Position numbers and translations under genes: made by a program. Shown here piece after piece: positions 12,150 to 23,690 of a stretch of DNA of 64,000 nt. The stretch's first letter is position 1. Every line of letters begins with the position of its first letter. Source of the DNA: Camelus dromedarius (lineage: Eukaryota); contig NC_087438.1 in the NCBI RefSeq assembly GCF_036321535.1, positions 1,862,001 through 1,926,000 on the forward strand. Direction: 5' to 3'. The notes under the pieces are model-generated. The model ran no database searches. It saw nothing but the letters and a program-made list of their open reading frames with translations, and was not told the DNA's origin.

Positions 12150-12330
12150 TACAACGCAAATAAATCTGGTCTTGGCAGATTGCAGCAAATTGACACTGTC
12201 AGATAAGTAACAGCATCGCCACGGGTACAGTTTGACCTTATTCACGTATTTAGACTTCAGAAATGACTAGTAAGATGGTGAAAATTACTTGTAATTTCAT
12301 AGCAAGTTAAGATTTCCTGAAAATGTTCTC
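12150..12330. promoter_or_regulatory. Candidate enhancer (motif cluster in unique DNA)
   Basis: TGACA-C-TGTCA 12191-12201 overlaps AGATAA 12201-12206 in AT-rich non-repetitive context. Confidence 0.3.
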
Positions 12331-12890
12331 AAAATTATTTCACTGGATGTCGATGCAAAGTTTCTCCTCGCTCTTTTATCTTTGTGTTGCTTTCGCGGAA
12401 AACAAACATATGAGTCTTTCTTCAACCCGAGATCTTTAAGTCACTGCCCTGCAAGGGCCACCTCTTTGTTTTCCTTCCCCCAGAACCAAACTTCTACGAT
12501 CTTTTTCATAGGATGTTGCGATAATTCCAGGTATCGGTGTGCTCTGTCCGTGGTGCAGTTGGCTTTAGCAAGTAACTGCAGCACGGTACGTCTCTCTGAA
12601 GGCTAGAATTCTTTTACGATGTCAGAATCATTGTCGACAGCATCACTGTCCTCACGTATTCATGCACACATTTTATAACTAATAACCTGTGGAATGAGCT
12701 ACTTTATTTTGAAAGCTGACATGAAATAAAATAATTTATAATTTCTATTCATTTAATTGGTGCTTCCAGAAAAAAAAAATTCAATTTCCAAGAGCATAAC
12801 TCTTACAAAAAGAACAGCAGTGTAAACCAAATACTTACCATTTATTGGGAATTTTGTGACTGCTCTTTCTAACACATCTAAAGTCTAAAG

Positions 12891-12930
12891 ATTTTTACAG
12901 GTGAGGAAACCGAGGCTCAGAGTGGTGAGC
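12891..12930 (-). mobile_element. MIR SINE core fragment
   Basis: 'tttttacaggtgaggaaaccgaggctcagag' matches the antisense MIR core. Confidence 0.7.
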
Positions 12931-14139
12931 AGCAGGGAAGGCTGACGCCAGGCTGACAGGCGTGTCTGCCCCTCTGTGTGAGGTCGGGCTGCCTGCTGTG
13001 AGGGTCTCGGGGCACAAAGTAACACATGTGCCTAAAAGAAGCACAGTATCCAAACCGTGGTCAGAACGGCTAATCTCTTAGACTTTAACTTAGTGGTAGG
13101 ATTTTATTTTACTCAGTTTCCTACGAAACACTCCATTATTCCTACTCACGGTGAGGATAAAGCTCAGAGAGAGCCATTACCTCGCCTCTGTTTGCTAACC
13201 CTGCGTCCCACACCAGCCCGGACACCTGCCCTCGGCACCCAGCGGAGCATCAGCACGCGCACCTGTCGGCGGCATTCACCTCGGGTGCCCTCCTTCTGCC
13301 TTGACCGGCACACACAGGTTTCCGGAGCACCGGCCTGTCCGTCAGGTCAAGCCTCCCTTTCAGGTCTTCTTCCTGAAGGGCTGAAGGATGGCAGGAAAAG
13401 GGACTGTTTCCTTGTCCCTGAACCTCTGGCCCTTTAAGCCTGGTGGGCTTTCCACATCCTCAATGCTTTTTCTTGTCAAATCCGACTTATTAGTTTTAAA
13501 AATGAATCTATACCCATTATTGCTAGTGAAAAAAGTACAGAGTGGTCATTCTTAAAAGGTCAGTGTCTTTTCTTGTCTCCTACCCACCAGTCTGCTTAGG
13601 AGGCTAACGCATTTACACTGACGGCCGCCATCCTTAGCTTGGCGTGGTTGAGAGGCTGTGTCAGCTCAACAGGACACACAGAGAGGGCTGCTTTGCTGTC
13701 ACTTAGCTCTTCAGAGAAAGCTCACACCAAGCTCCTGACGCTCTGACTGAGTGCTCTCACTCGCTGCTGCGTTCTCCCAGCCCACAGCTACACAGCTCGT
13801 CCTGCCTGAAAGCACGGTCATATTCCTGCTGGTCTGATTTTTTTTTCTTGTCACCACACCCAGTGCCATATTCTTGCTCAGATAGTCTTACATATTAATG
13901 CTTTTTATATTTCTGTTTTTTACGTCACCAAGAAAAAGACTGCTAGAAAAAAGGGAATGCACATCTTTGCTTAATAAACGACACTCCAGTAAGTGGCAGC
14001 AATTCAAAGTCTGACTGACAGTTCATGAAGATGACTACTTCCAAACACTCCCATCCATATTGGCTACTAGTGCACTTAAAATTGTTTTCTATATTGGTAG
14101 GGTTAAAAAAAAGGGGGAAAAAAAAGACTCTCTCCACTT

Positions 14140-15520
14140 AACTTGCATTTCTCTGATGGTGAGGTTGAGCTGATTTTCGCACATCTGTTGACCATTTGGA
14201 TTTGCCTTTTCTATGACTCAACTCTCCATTAAATATTGTTTGTTTGTTTTTTTCTTTTCAATTTGTAAAATGCTGGTGATATTTACCTTTTGTGATGTGT
14301 ATATGTTGCAAGTTCTTTTTCCAGTACATTATTTGTCTTTGACTATTTATGTGATCATTTATCATTAAAACAATGTGGTCAGACATGGCTAAGTTTCCTA
14401 TATGGCTCTTTGTTTCTCAACTCAAATATCTCCAAAAGGTTGTCAAAATTATGTAAATTTTAAAGATTTTGAAAAAGATGTTGTTTTGAGTACAGTATAA
14501 GTAGAGGCTTAGTTTTGGCGTCTTCTAAACGAATAGCTAATGTGTCAGCACCATTTGTTAAGTGCCCTCGTATCACTGTCCTGGACTGAAATAGCTCTTC
14601 TGCCGTACACTGTTTCTGCACACACTTACTTTGTGTCTAGAACTCCTGTTATGGAATTCTGTCCTGCCAGTGTTATACTGCTTTCCATGTCAATGACTTT
14701 GTGTACATTTTACAGTAGTTTAAGTCAAGTGCCTGCTCACTCTTCTGATATTTAAAATTCTACAGTCTCTTCTAAAATATTTACTTTTCCATATTGTTTC
14801 AGTTAGATTAGGCTAGGCAAAGAAGAAAAAATTAACTTTGAAGTGTTCATGCTTAACTCAACACAGGTGTACCTGTTGCAAACTCCCATGTCGGGGTGGT
14901 TCGAGCAGCTCTCCTCCAATCAAGAACCCAGGATGCAGGCACTCCTCGTGGCACTTGTGGCACTGCCATTTCAAAGTGCAGCTTCTGATTTTGTCTTTGC
15001 ATAAGAAAAGTAAATAAAAAGCCAAATTAATTCTCAGGTACGGTCCACTGGTCATACCAGTCATGTGCTCTCAACCTCAGAGCAGAGCAGATTGTGATAT
15101 GAAGGTAAAATGTGGAATTTTGGTGAGCAGGATTCTCTCTGTTTTATACCTGGCCTCTCAAGCCATTTTATTCAGTTCAAAACAAAGTTTTCTTCAGGTT
15201 AAAATTGCATCACATGTGTATATTATTTGGGAAGAATTAAGGCTTTTATGATTTTAAATTTTCCTACCCAGGGAGATGATAATTGTAGCTGTCTACCTCG
15301 CCTGCTTTATGTTCTTCAATAGGACTTATAGTACAGATCTTTAATCTTTCTTATTAAGCATATTCCTAGATACCTTATAGTTCTTTTAGTTTGGAAAAAT
15401 GGAATAATTTGTTCTCATTTTCATCTCTAATTATTGAAAGTATAGAAGAAAACTATGATTTTGTATATTTAGCTTATATCTAGCCACCTTACTAAACTTT
15501 ATTCTACATTCTAGTAATTT
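14140..15520 (-). mobile_element. Ancient L1 (L1M/L1ME-like) ORF2 3' region, fragmented
   Basis: Diverged antisense L1 motifs 'ttgcatttctctgatggtgaggttgagc', 'tgtcagcaccatttgtt' and 'tgattttgtatatt...tatctagccaccttactaaact'. Interrupted around 14830-15200. Confidence 0.65.
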
Positions 15521-16263
15521 ATTTTATTTTACTTTTTTCTGGGCCAATTTTTTTTAAATTGAAGTATAGTTGATGCATGATGTTATATAAGTTGCAAGCA
15601 TACAACATACTCACAACTTTTAAAGTATTTACCCCATTTACAATTATTATGAACCACTGGCTACCTCCCCTGTGCTGTACAGTGTATCCCTGTGGGTTAT
15701 TATTTCACACATGGTATTTTGTACCTCTTATTCCTCTACCCCTGTGCTTCCCCTCCCCCTTTTCCTCTCCCCACTGGTTACCACTAGTTTGTTCTCTATA
15801 TCTGTGGGTCTGTTTCTTTTTGGTATATCCACTAGTTTGTTTTATTTTTTAGATTCCGATATAAATTATATCATATAGCATTTGTCTTTTTCTGGCTTAT
15901 TTCACTAGCATTATATCCTCCAAGTCCATCCATGTTGTCACAAATGGCAAAATTTCGTTCCTTTTTTTGGCTTAGTAGTATTCCATTTTATACATATATC
16001 TCATGTCTTCTTTGTCTATTCATATGTTGATGGACACTTAGATTGTTTTCATATCTTGCCAGTTGTAAATAATGCTGCTATGACTATTAGGGTGCATGTA
16101 TCTTTTTGAATTAGTGTATTTTTTTTTTTTTCAGATATACACCCAGGATTGGAAGATCATATGGTAGTCCTAGGTTTAGTTTTTTGAGAAACTTCTGCAC
16201 TGTTCTCCACAGTGGCTACTCTGACTTACATTCCCACTAACAATACAAGGGCTCCCCTTTCTC
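15521..16263 (-). mobile_element. Younger 5'-truncated L1 nested in the older L1, with a perfect 14-bp TSD
   Basis: T-rich tail followed by antisense L1 3' UTR ('ttgaagtatagttgat...gtccatccatgttgtcacaaatggcaaaatttc...'). TSD cattctagtaattt at 15507-15520 and 16264-16277. Confidence 0.9.
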
Positions 16264-16705
16264 CATTCTAGTAATTTGTATCAGTTTCTGAGTTTTTAAA
16301 TATTTTTCTCCTTTTCTGGATATAAAATATTATCCACAAATAGTGTTTCCTGCTCTCTGGCATGTAACCACATTATTTGAGGTTTCTTATTATATTATCT
16401 AGATTCTCTAAAACTATTTTCTGTACTTGTGATGCCCCCCTTTTTTTTTGATGATATCCCCCAGACATCTCTATCTTGCAATCTCCTTAAAGCCTGTATG
16501 TGACCCATTATAAAATTTTGAACTCTATCCCCTTAAAATTTTCTTAATCCTTCCTGTCTACTTTCTTTACACCATCTCAGCCTCAGGTCATAACTTCACC
16601 CTATTAACCAAATTACTAGAATATCTTTCTCATTGTCCTCTTTGACTCTGAAACCTAGTCTGCCTCCAGAGCTGCGTTTTTACTCCAGAATCTAATAATG
16701 ATCCA

Positions 16706-16785
16706 CCTTTTATTAAAACCTTCACTGGCCCCTCATTGTCTGCATGCCTTTTATTAAAATGTTCACTAGTCCCTCATTGTCTGCA
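16706..16785. repeat. Two-copy tandem duplication (41-bp period) within a probable L2 fragment
   Basis: ccttttattaaaaccttcactggcccctcattgtctgca (16706-16744) versus ccttttattaaaatgttcactagtccctcattgtctgca (16747-16785). Confidence 0.85.
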
Positions 16786-17519
16786 GAATAAAGATAAGGC
16801 TCCTTATTGTTTCTTCTCTCACTGCCTTGACAGCCTGGCATTTGTCTATTTACTGGTCATCGTACACCTGATACGTCCTTGTGGGCAGGGTCTCCTCTGG
16901 GGAGTGGTCTCCTCCCACCTGTCTGACTCTGCCTTTCAGCGTGGCTCCATTTTAAGCTCAATGGACAAGTTCTTCTGTGGTATATTACACTGGCTTCTTC
17001 CTTGCAGGTATCATGACTTCTTAACTGAAGTTAGACTTTCAGACACCAGAACAAAGCCTTGTTTTCATGTGTCAGTGCCCCTCTACTTCTGATCAGTGGA
17101 ATGATTGAGCATGTGTAGGAGGCCAATGTGTCTGACCAACCTCCAGATCATGATGCTTTTATGATGTTGTAATCCTACGCGCTGAATTACCTGTTGCAAC
17201 AGAGCAGTGTTTCTACAAGGATGAAGAGACGGAAGGTGCTGAGCAACTGAAGAGTCGAGAAAATGACATATCGCAGCAAAGAATGATTGCGGACTTTATG
17301 ACGAACTAGTAAATTAAATTGATCCTTTCAAACTAGAGTTTTTCTAAAGGAAATAGAAATGGAACAACTCATGGCCTCAATATAGTTAAGACCAGATATA
17401 TGAACACACAGATACAAGCTTAACTGTCATCATTTAAACATGATTCACCCGGAAGCAGTGGAACATATTACCAGCATGAAGCTTCGTGAAATCAGGCTTC
17501 TAGCTCATTCCCACGCACA

Positions 17520-18143
17520 CAGGCAAACCTCGTTTTACTGTGCTGAGCTTAGTTGCCCTTCACAGATGTTGCGTTTTCCGCAAATTGAAGGTTTGAGGCA
17601 ACCCTGCGTTGACAAGTCTACCAGCGCCATTTTCCTCACAGCCTTTAATCCCTTGTGTCACATTTTGGTACTTCGTGCAATATTTCACACCTTCTCACTA
17701 CTGTTATTTGGGTTGCGGTGCTCCATGGTGAGTGATTATTGATGTTACTGCCGCAAGTCACTGAGGCTCAGATAACAGTTAGTGAATTTTAGCAATAAAA
17801 TGTTTTTTAATTAAGGTATGGCCATTGTTTCTTTTCAGACACAAGGTTGTTGCCCGCTTATTAGACTACAGCAGAGCATGCACGTAATTTTTACAGGCAG
17901 TGGGAAGCCAAAAAATTTGTGTGACTTTATTAATTCTGTGGGTACATATATATTTTTATTGAAGTAGAGTCAGTTTACAATGCTGTGCCAATTTCTGGTG
18001 TGCAGCACAAGGCTTCAGTTATACATGAACATACATATATTTGTTTTCATATTCTTTTTCACTGTGAGTTACTGGCTTTATTTTTATATTCACTTTGTTC
18101 CAGGAGCCTGGAACCAGACTTGCTGTGTCTCCAGGGACACCCG
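17520..18143 (+). mobile_element. Non-autonomous, internally deleted Tigger1-like DNA transposon (TcMar-Tigger)
   Basis: 5' end 'caggcaaacctcgttttactg...caaattgaaggtttgaggcaaccctgcgt' and 3' end 'gggaagccaaaaaatttgtgtgact...ctggaaccagac...tctccagggacacccg' match both Tigger1 termini as recalled. No transposase region lies between them. Confidence 0.85.
17932..18075 (-). mobile_element. Short L1 3'-end fragment inserted in the Tigger1-like element
   Basis: 'tttttattgaagtagagtcagtttacaatgctgtgccaatttctggtgtgcagca' is homologous to other in-window L1 tails (25580, 56361). Confidence 0.85.
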
Positions 18144-20097
18144 TGTGCTGCGGAGAGCCTCTGCCTGGCCCAGGGTATTCAGGCAAAAGCCCTCTTCCTG
18201 TCAGCTCTTTCCTTAACAGGAGGAGGAGGGAGAAAAGCCTCGTCTGAAGCTAGTTTGCAAAGCAATTACTGTCCATCCCGTACCGTTCAATTCTCCTAGC
18301 ATCCTGTCTTCTGCTTCTTCCAGCCACTCGATACCCTGTCTGTTTTCTCCATAATTTCTAAGTAAGTGTTTTAATATGGCTTTGAATGCTATTTTAAAAC
18401 AGAGCTATACAATCTTGACTGCAGGTCTTTATCATCCAGTTTTTCGTATGTAAAGCCTCTGCAAGGATTCAAGCCCAGGGAACGTATTCCACAGGGACCA
18501 TGGAGAGGAAAGATGCTGCAAACACGAACTTGCCCTTATTCGTGTCTTAAGAAGAACTACCAAGATTGGCCCCAGCGAGCCCTTCCTAGAGTAAAGAAAG
18601 CAATGGTGTAGGTGGTCAGTTATCTCCTACTTTGTGTTTATAGAACCTCAAGGTCACGGGATACCACGGACCCCTGGAGAGCAGTGTTGCTTCTTCCAGT
18701 CACTGCGAATCTGGGTCCTTAATAGCCCTTAGCTTGAAATGAGTTTTCAAGCTCCCCCTCTGCCTGTTTTCCCTCCCCTTCCCTTCCTCTCCTGTTTTCT
18801 TTCTTGATGTTCCTGTATTTGGTTCCCATATACGCACAACAACGTGGTGGGCAGACTCGCAGCGTGATGGAGAATGGAGAGCTCACGTCTGGAGCACAGG
18901 GAGCCGAGCCTGGCCTCTGTTCCCAGGGGTCAGCCCAGGCTCTGCACGGAACACAGGTACAAGACCTTCTCCAGAAAGGCAGGGTCATCTTGTCCCAGTG
19001 CTGGGCAGTCCAGCACAATGGAGGATCCGCTATCTTAAATAGTGTATTTTGTCACTCTGTTGCTTAATTCCATGGCCTCAGTATTCCCAGCATCTTCCTC
19101 TGAAGGGGAAGCCAACCCCAGCTGAGACGTCCAACTAGGGCGTACTCCACCCACCACCATAGGTCTGGTCAGACGACGTAGTGCTCCCCGTCAATTCTAA
19201 CAGCCCTTCCTTGCTGGCTGGCTGGACAGTTGGAGGCATAGCGTGTCCCCACTCATCCTGTCTTGATTTAAAGTTGAAATCTTTTGTTCATCATGGATGT
19301 TTTTTGTCTCAACTTCATTTTTTAAAGTTGCATTATGACACGATGTATCGTACTCTGGTCTCTCCTTAAACTGCGCCCCTGTGGTTGGTGCCTAACTCCG
19401 TGCACCCCAGGCCCAGCCCGCAGCTCAACAAAAACTCCAGGGAAACGTTAAACATGTCTGTTAAACTGTCTGACTGGTTCAAACAATTTTAAGGGAAGTT
19501 AATTTTGACTTTCTATGCTTTGCATTTATCCACAAAAAATAAAAATATCTTTATTTTACATGAAAGAAGAAAAAAAAAGAGTTGAATAATTTTACTAGAT
19601 TATTCCAAATCCAGAGCAACTAAAAAAGCTTCTAAAATAAGCAATTTCCTGAACAAGCATTTCGTCAGGGGTGGCTGGAAGACAACCGCAACAGGACTGG
19701 GGCTCTCTCAGGCCCTCAGCAGACGCTTGTCCACTCCTACAGGAGCAGGCACTCGGAAGCCAACGGTAGTGGTCCCTGACGTGGAGGCCTTCTTTCCTTC
19801 CAGAAAACAAATTGTCCGAAGAGCCCGGCCTGGACTCCCGGGACCGGGGCGCACGTGCACTTCTCTTTGAGCAGCGAACACCCTCCTGAGAAGACAAGTG
19901 CGGTTTCAATTATAGTCTACAGACATTACAAAAAAATACATTTTAAAGCTATTTTATAGAAAAAATATTCTATCATCTTTTGTCTGCTAAAAATATTACA
20001 TGGTGGATTTTCTGTATGGAGCAGGGCCTTAGACAGCACCTAAAACGAATCTGTAACTTTATAGATGAGAAAACTGGGGTTAGAAAGAAAAGGGTGG

Positions 20098-20257
20098 AGG
20101 GGGGAGCACGTGCTTAGCACGCCCGAGGTCCGGGTTCAATCCCCAGTACCTCCACTTAAAAATAAGTAAGTAAATAAATAAACTGAATTACCTCCCTCCT
20201 ACCAATTTTTTTTTTAAATTTTAATATTTTATTAAAATTTAAAAAAAAAGAAAAGAA
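20098..20257 (+). mobile_element. Camelid tRNA-derived SINE (Vic-1-like) with a 14-bp TSD
   Basis: 'gtgcttagcacgcccgaggtccgggttcaatccccagtacctcc...taaataaataaactgaattacctccc' includes the B box ggttcaatccc. TSD aaagaaaagggtgg at 20084-20097 and 20258-20271. Confidence 0.85.
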
Positions 20258-21057
20258 AAAGAAAAGGGTGGTTTCCTTGATTAGATTTCCTTAAATCCCG
20301 TGGAGTGATTCTAACCTATTCACGGAGAGCCTGAACATCCAGGGTTTGCCCCGTAAGCAGTGACATCAGTGATCTCAGCTAGTGGATGACCTTGGAGCCA
20401 ACACGTTTTTTCCCTCTAATACTAACTTGTTCTCTTACTTGGAAAAGCACGAGGCTGGCCCCCTGCACTGACGTGCACCCCACCCCGGGAGGCGGCACCC
20501 TCTGGTCTTGTCTTTCTCCAGCTCGCGTTGGCCCACGTTCCCTCCAGTTAATCTCTGTAACATTTTGAAAACAAATGAAGATTCAGTTTTTCTTTGTTTC
20601 TTTGTTTCTTTAGCCCACTGAAGCGTTGGGCCATGCGCTGCAGTAACACGTTTATTGGAGAACAGAGCAAATCTAGCTCATTATCGGTCATTAAAATTTG
20701 ATCTCTTTCTAGCCATGTAACCTCAGAGATTAAAACCTTAATGGAGTAGCAGTAGGAAAAAAAAAAGACTTCATATGGCCGGCCACCTGGAAAACCAATG
20801 TTTCTATTAAATTTTCTTTTCCCTAATGTTCTTTCTTAGGAGTTATGTGTTGAAGGATATCTTTCAAAATTCTAATTTTGAACATCCCAGGGTTCCCTCT
20901 CCCCACCAGTGTAAGCATGTGTGTATACAATTCAATGCATGTTTTGTAGTGATACCTATTAATGCAAAATATTCTTGCTCTAAATTGTCTAAATAAAAGT
21001 GTAGAAAATGCCGCTAAAAACACACATAGCCCCATGGTATAGAGTAGCAGACAGCCC

Positions 21058-21180
21058 CCAGACTGTAAGCCCCAGGGAGGCAGAATTTGTCTTCTTCATT
21101 TAGCACTTTTTCTACAGAGCCTTGGTCCAGTCCCTGGCACGTAGGAGCCGCTCAGTGACACTTAATAATGAATGGATGAT
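21058..21180 (+). mobile_element. L2 3'-end fragment
   Basis: 'agactgtaagccccagggaggcag...ccctggcacgtaggagccgctcagtg...aatgaatggatga' matches the L2 terminus. Confidence 0.75.
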
Positions 21181-21310
21181 GCTGCCACAGTATCTCTGTC
21201 TTTTCATGAGACAGCTTTAGTTTTTAGAAGCTTAACAATGAGCATAGATGGATAATATAATGTCTTTTGATGTATTGTAGTCCTTGGGCTTTAAAAGGCA
21301 GACGCCTTTT

Positions 21311-22551
21311 TTTAACTTGAAATATATTGATTTATAGTGTTGTGTTGATTTCTGGTGTACAGCATAATGATTCAGTTTCTCATATATATGTATATATATA
21401 TTTTCATATTCATTTTTTATTATAGGCCATTACAAGGTATTGGATATAGTTCCTTGTGCTACACAGTAGAACATTGTTGTTTGTCTATTTTATATATAGT
21501 AGTTTATATCTGTAAATCCAAAACTTCTAATTTATCCTCTCCACCATTTACCTCCACCCTGTAACCGTAAGTTTGTTCTCTATGTCTGTGAATTTGTTTC
21601 TGTTTTGTAAATACGTTCCTTTGTGTCCTCTTTTTCTTTTCTTTTGATTTCACATATGAGTGATATCGTATGATATTTTTCTTTCTCTTTCTGGCTTATT
21701 TCACTTAGAATGACAATCTACAGGTCCATCGATGTTGCAGCAAATGGCATTATTTTATTCTTTTTTATGGCTGAGTAGTATTCCATTGTATAAATACACC
21801 ACATCTTCTTTATCCAGTCATCTGTCGATGGACAGTTAGGTTGCTTCCATGTGTTGGCTACTGTAAGTAGTGCTGCTGTGAACACTGAGGTGCAGGTGTC
21901 TTTCTGATATTCCCTCCAGATACATGCCCAGGAGTGGGATTGCTGGATTGTATGGTAAGTCTAATTTTAGTTTTTTAAGGAATCTCCATATGGTTTTTCA
22001 TAGTGGCTGCACCAAACTACATTCCCACCAACAGTGTAGGAGGGTTTCCTTTTCACCACACTCTCTCCATCATTTATTGTTTGTGGACTTTTTCATGATG
22101 GCCATTCTGACTGGTGTGAGGTAATACCTCATTGTAGTTTTGATTTGCATTTTCATTATATTTAGTGATATTGAGCATTTTTTCATGGACCTATTGGCCA
22201 TTTGTATGTCTTCATTGGAGAAGTGTTTGTTTAAGTCTTCTGCTATTTTTGGATTGGGTTGTTTGTGTCTTTGTTATTGAGTTGTATGAGCCATTTGTAT
22301 ATTCTAGAAATTAAGTCCTTGTCAATTGCATCTTTTGCAAATATATTCTCCCATTCTGTATGTTGTCTTTTCATTTTATTTATGGTTTCCTTTGCTGTGT
22401 GAAAATTTATAAGATTAATTAGGTCTCATTTGTTGATTTTTGCTTTTGTTTCTATTGCCTGGGTAGACTGCCCTAGGAGACATTGTTGAGATGTATGTGA
22501 GATAATGTTTTGCCTATGTTTTCTTCTAGGAGATTTATTGTGTCTTGTCTT
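21311..22551 (-). mobile_element. 5'-truncated L1 (ORF2 C-terminus and 3' UTR)
   Basis: Continuous antisense L1 sequence ('cattcccaccaacagtgtaggagggtt', 'ggccattctgactggtgtgaggtaatacctcattgtagttttgatttgcat'). Candidate TSD aggcagacgcctttt (21296-21310) / aggcagacttctttt (22552-22566), 13/15 match. Confidence 0.92.
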
Positions 22552-23439
22552 AGGCAGACTTCTTTTAACCTGCATTAGCTAGATTGATGTCAATAAAGAA
22601 CAATAAAAATATAATTAATATAAAATTCTTTTGAAAGGGACTCAATCAAGCATTTTTTCATACACTGATTTTTGTCATTTTCTGTGATTTATAACTGTAA
22701 AACTATCCAAATATGATAGATGTGAATAATGTGTTTTTTACTTATCTGTCTGAAAGAGTATTTTAAGGATGTTGGAAGTAGAGTTGGAACTACAGATTGG
22801 AAGAAAATAATGTGAAGTGGTGTTTCCACTGTCACCGGTCCAACTAGAAAGTGGCTGGGCTTGGGGGACCTGCCCTTATGAGCCAGTACTACAGCGAGTC
22901 ATCCCAAGTCCAGCGCCAGCCACCCCAAGGTCCCTGAGCCATGCAAACATGCCTCTCCATGCATTCAGATTTAAGGGGGTGTCAACGTTCTCAGTATTGG
23001 GTAATTCATATTCAGTGCAACATTTAAAATAAAAAAACAAAATCACTACCAAAAAGTCCATGATGAATTAAATATCACAGCTTTAAATAAAAGATAAAAA
23101 GATGTTAATGTCTCTGACTGTAAAGAATTAGGAGAATTGATGAGAAACACTAGATAATTTGACCAAAGTCAGAGTGAAGGGTGGAGTATGTCCCAAGTCA
23201 GACCTCTCCTCTGCATTTCACTTTCTAACTCTCTCAAAGCCCCACCTGGTAGAATAGGTTCCTCTTCTGATCACAGTTTTCCCATCTAGTATCTCTCATC
23301 TCAGGAATGAGTTTATTTAAAAATAATGCACCTAATATTTTTAAATCATATAATTTTTTAAAAAAGCAACCATTTGTGGGGACAAATTTTCTAAGTGTTT
23401 AAATACATTAGTTTTTTTAAGAACGTAGTCTGCATAATA

Positions 23440-23690
23440 CTTACTAATGCTAGAGAATGAAGCCATCGATTTCAGCCCCACAGAATAACTGCCATTAACA
23501 CAAGCCATCATTACAAGCCTTTTAATTAGCCGGGAGTCTAATTAGGCAGCGCCATGTACAATAGTTACATATGGCAAAGTCTGTGAAACCCTAGCCTGCC
23601 AGGCATTGCTGCTAACCCTGAACGTAAGTGTTACGGTGGCACAGCATTTCTCCCAGCATGTGACAAGCACATGTGATGGTCATCGCAGTG
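23440..23690. promoter_or_regulatory. Candidate enhancer (homeodomain motif cluster)
   Basis: TAATTA 23523-23528, CTAATTAG 23538-23545 and ACAATAG 23558-23564. Confidence 0.35.

Noticed and set aside
20098..20155. tRNA-like sequence with a B box
   Set aside because: It is a SINE head with an A-rich tail and TSD, and it has no complete cloverleaf.
22880..23100. Possible old hAT/MER DNA-transposon remnant
   Set aside because: I could not match termini or a consensus with enough confidence to call it.
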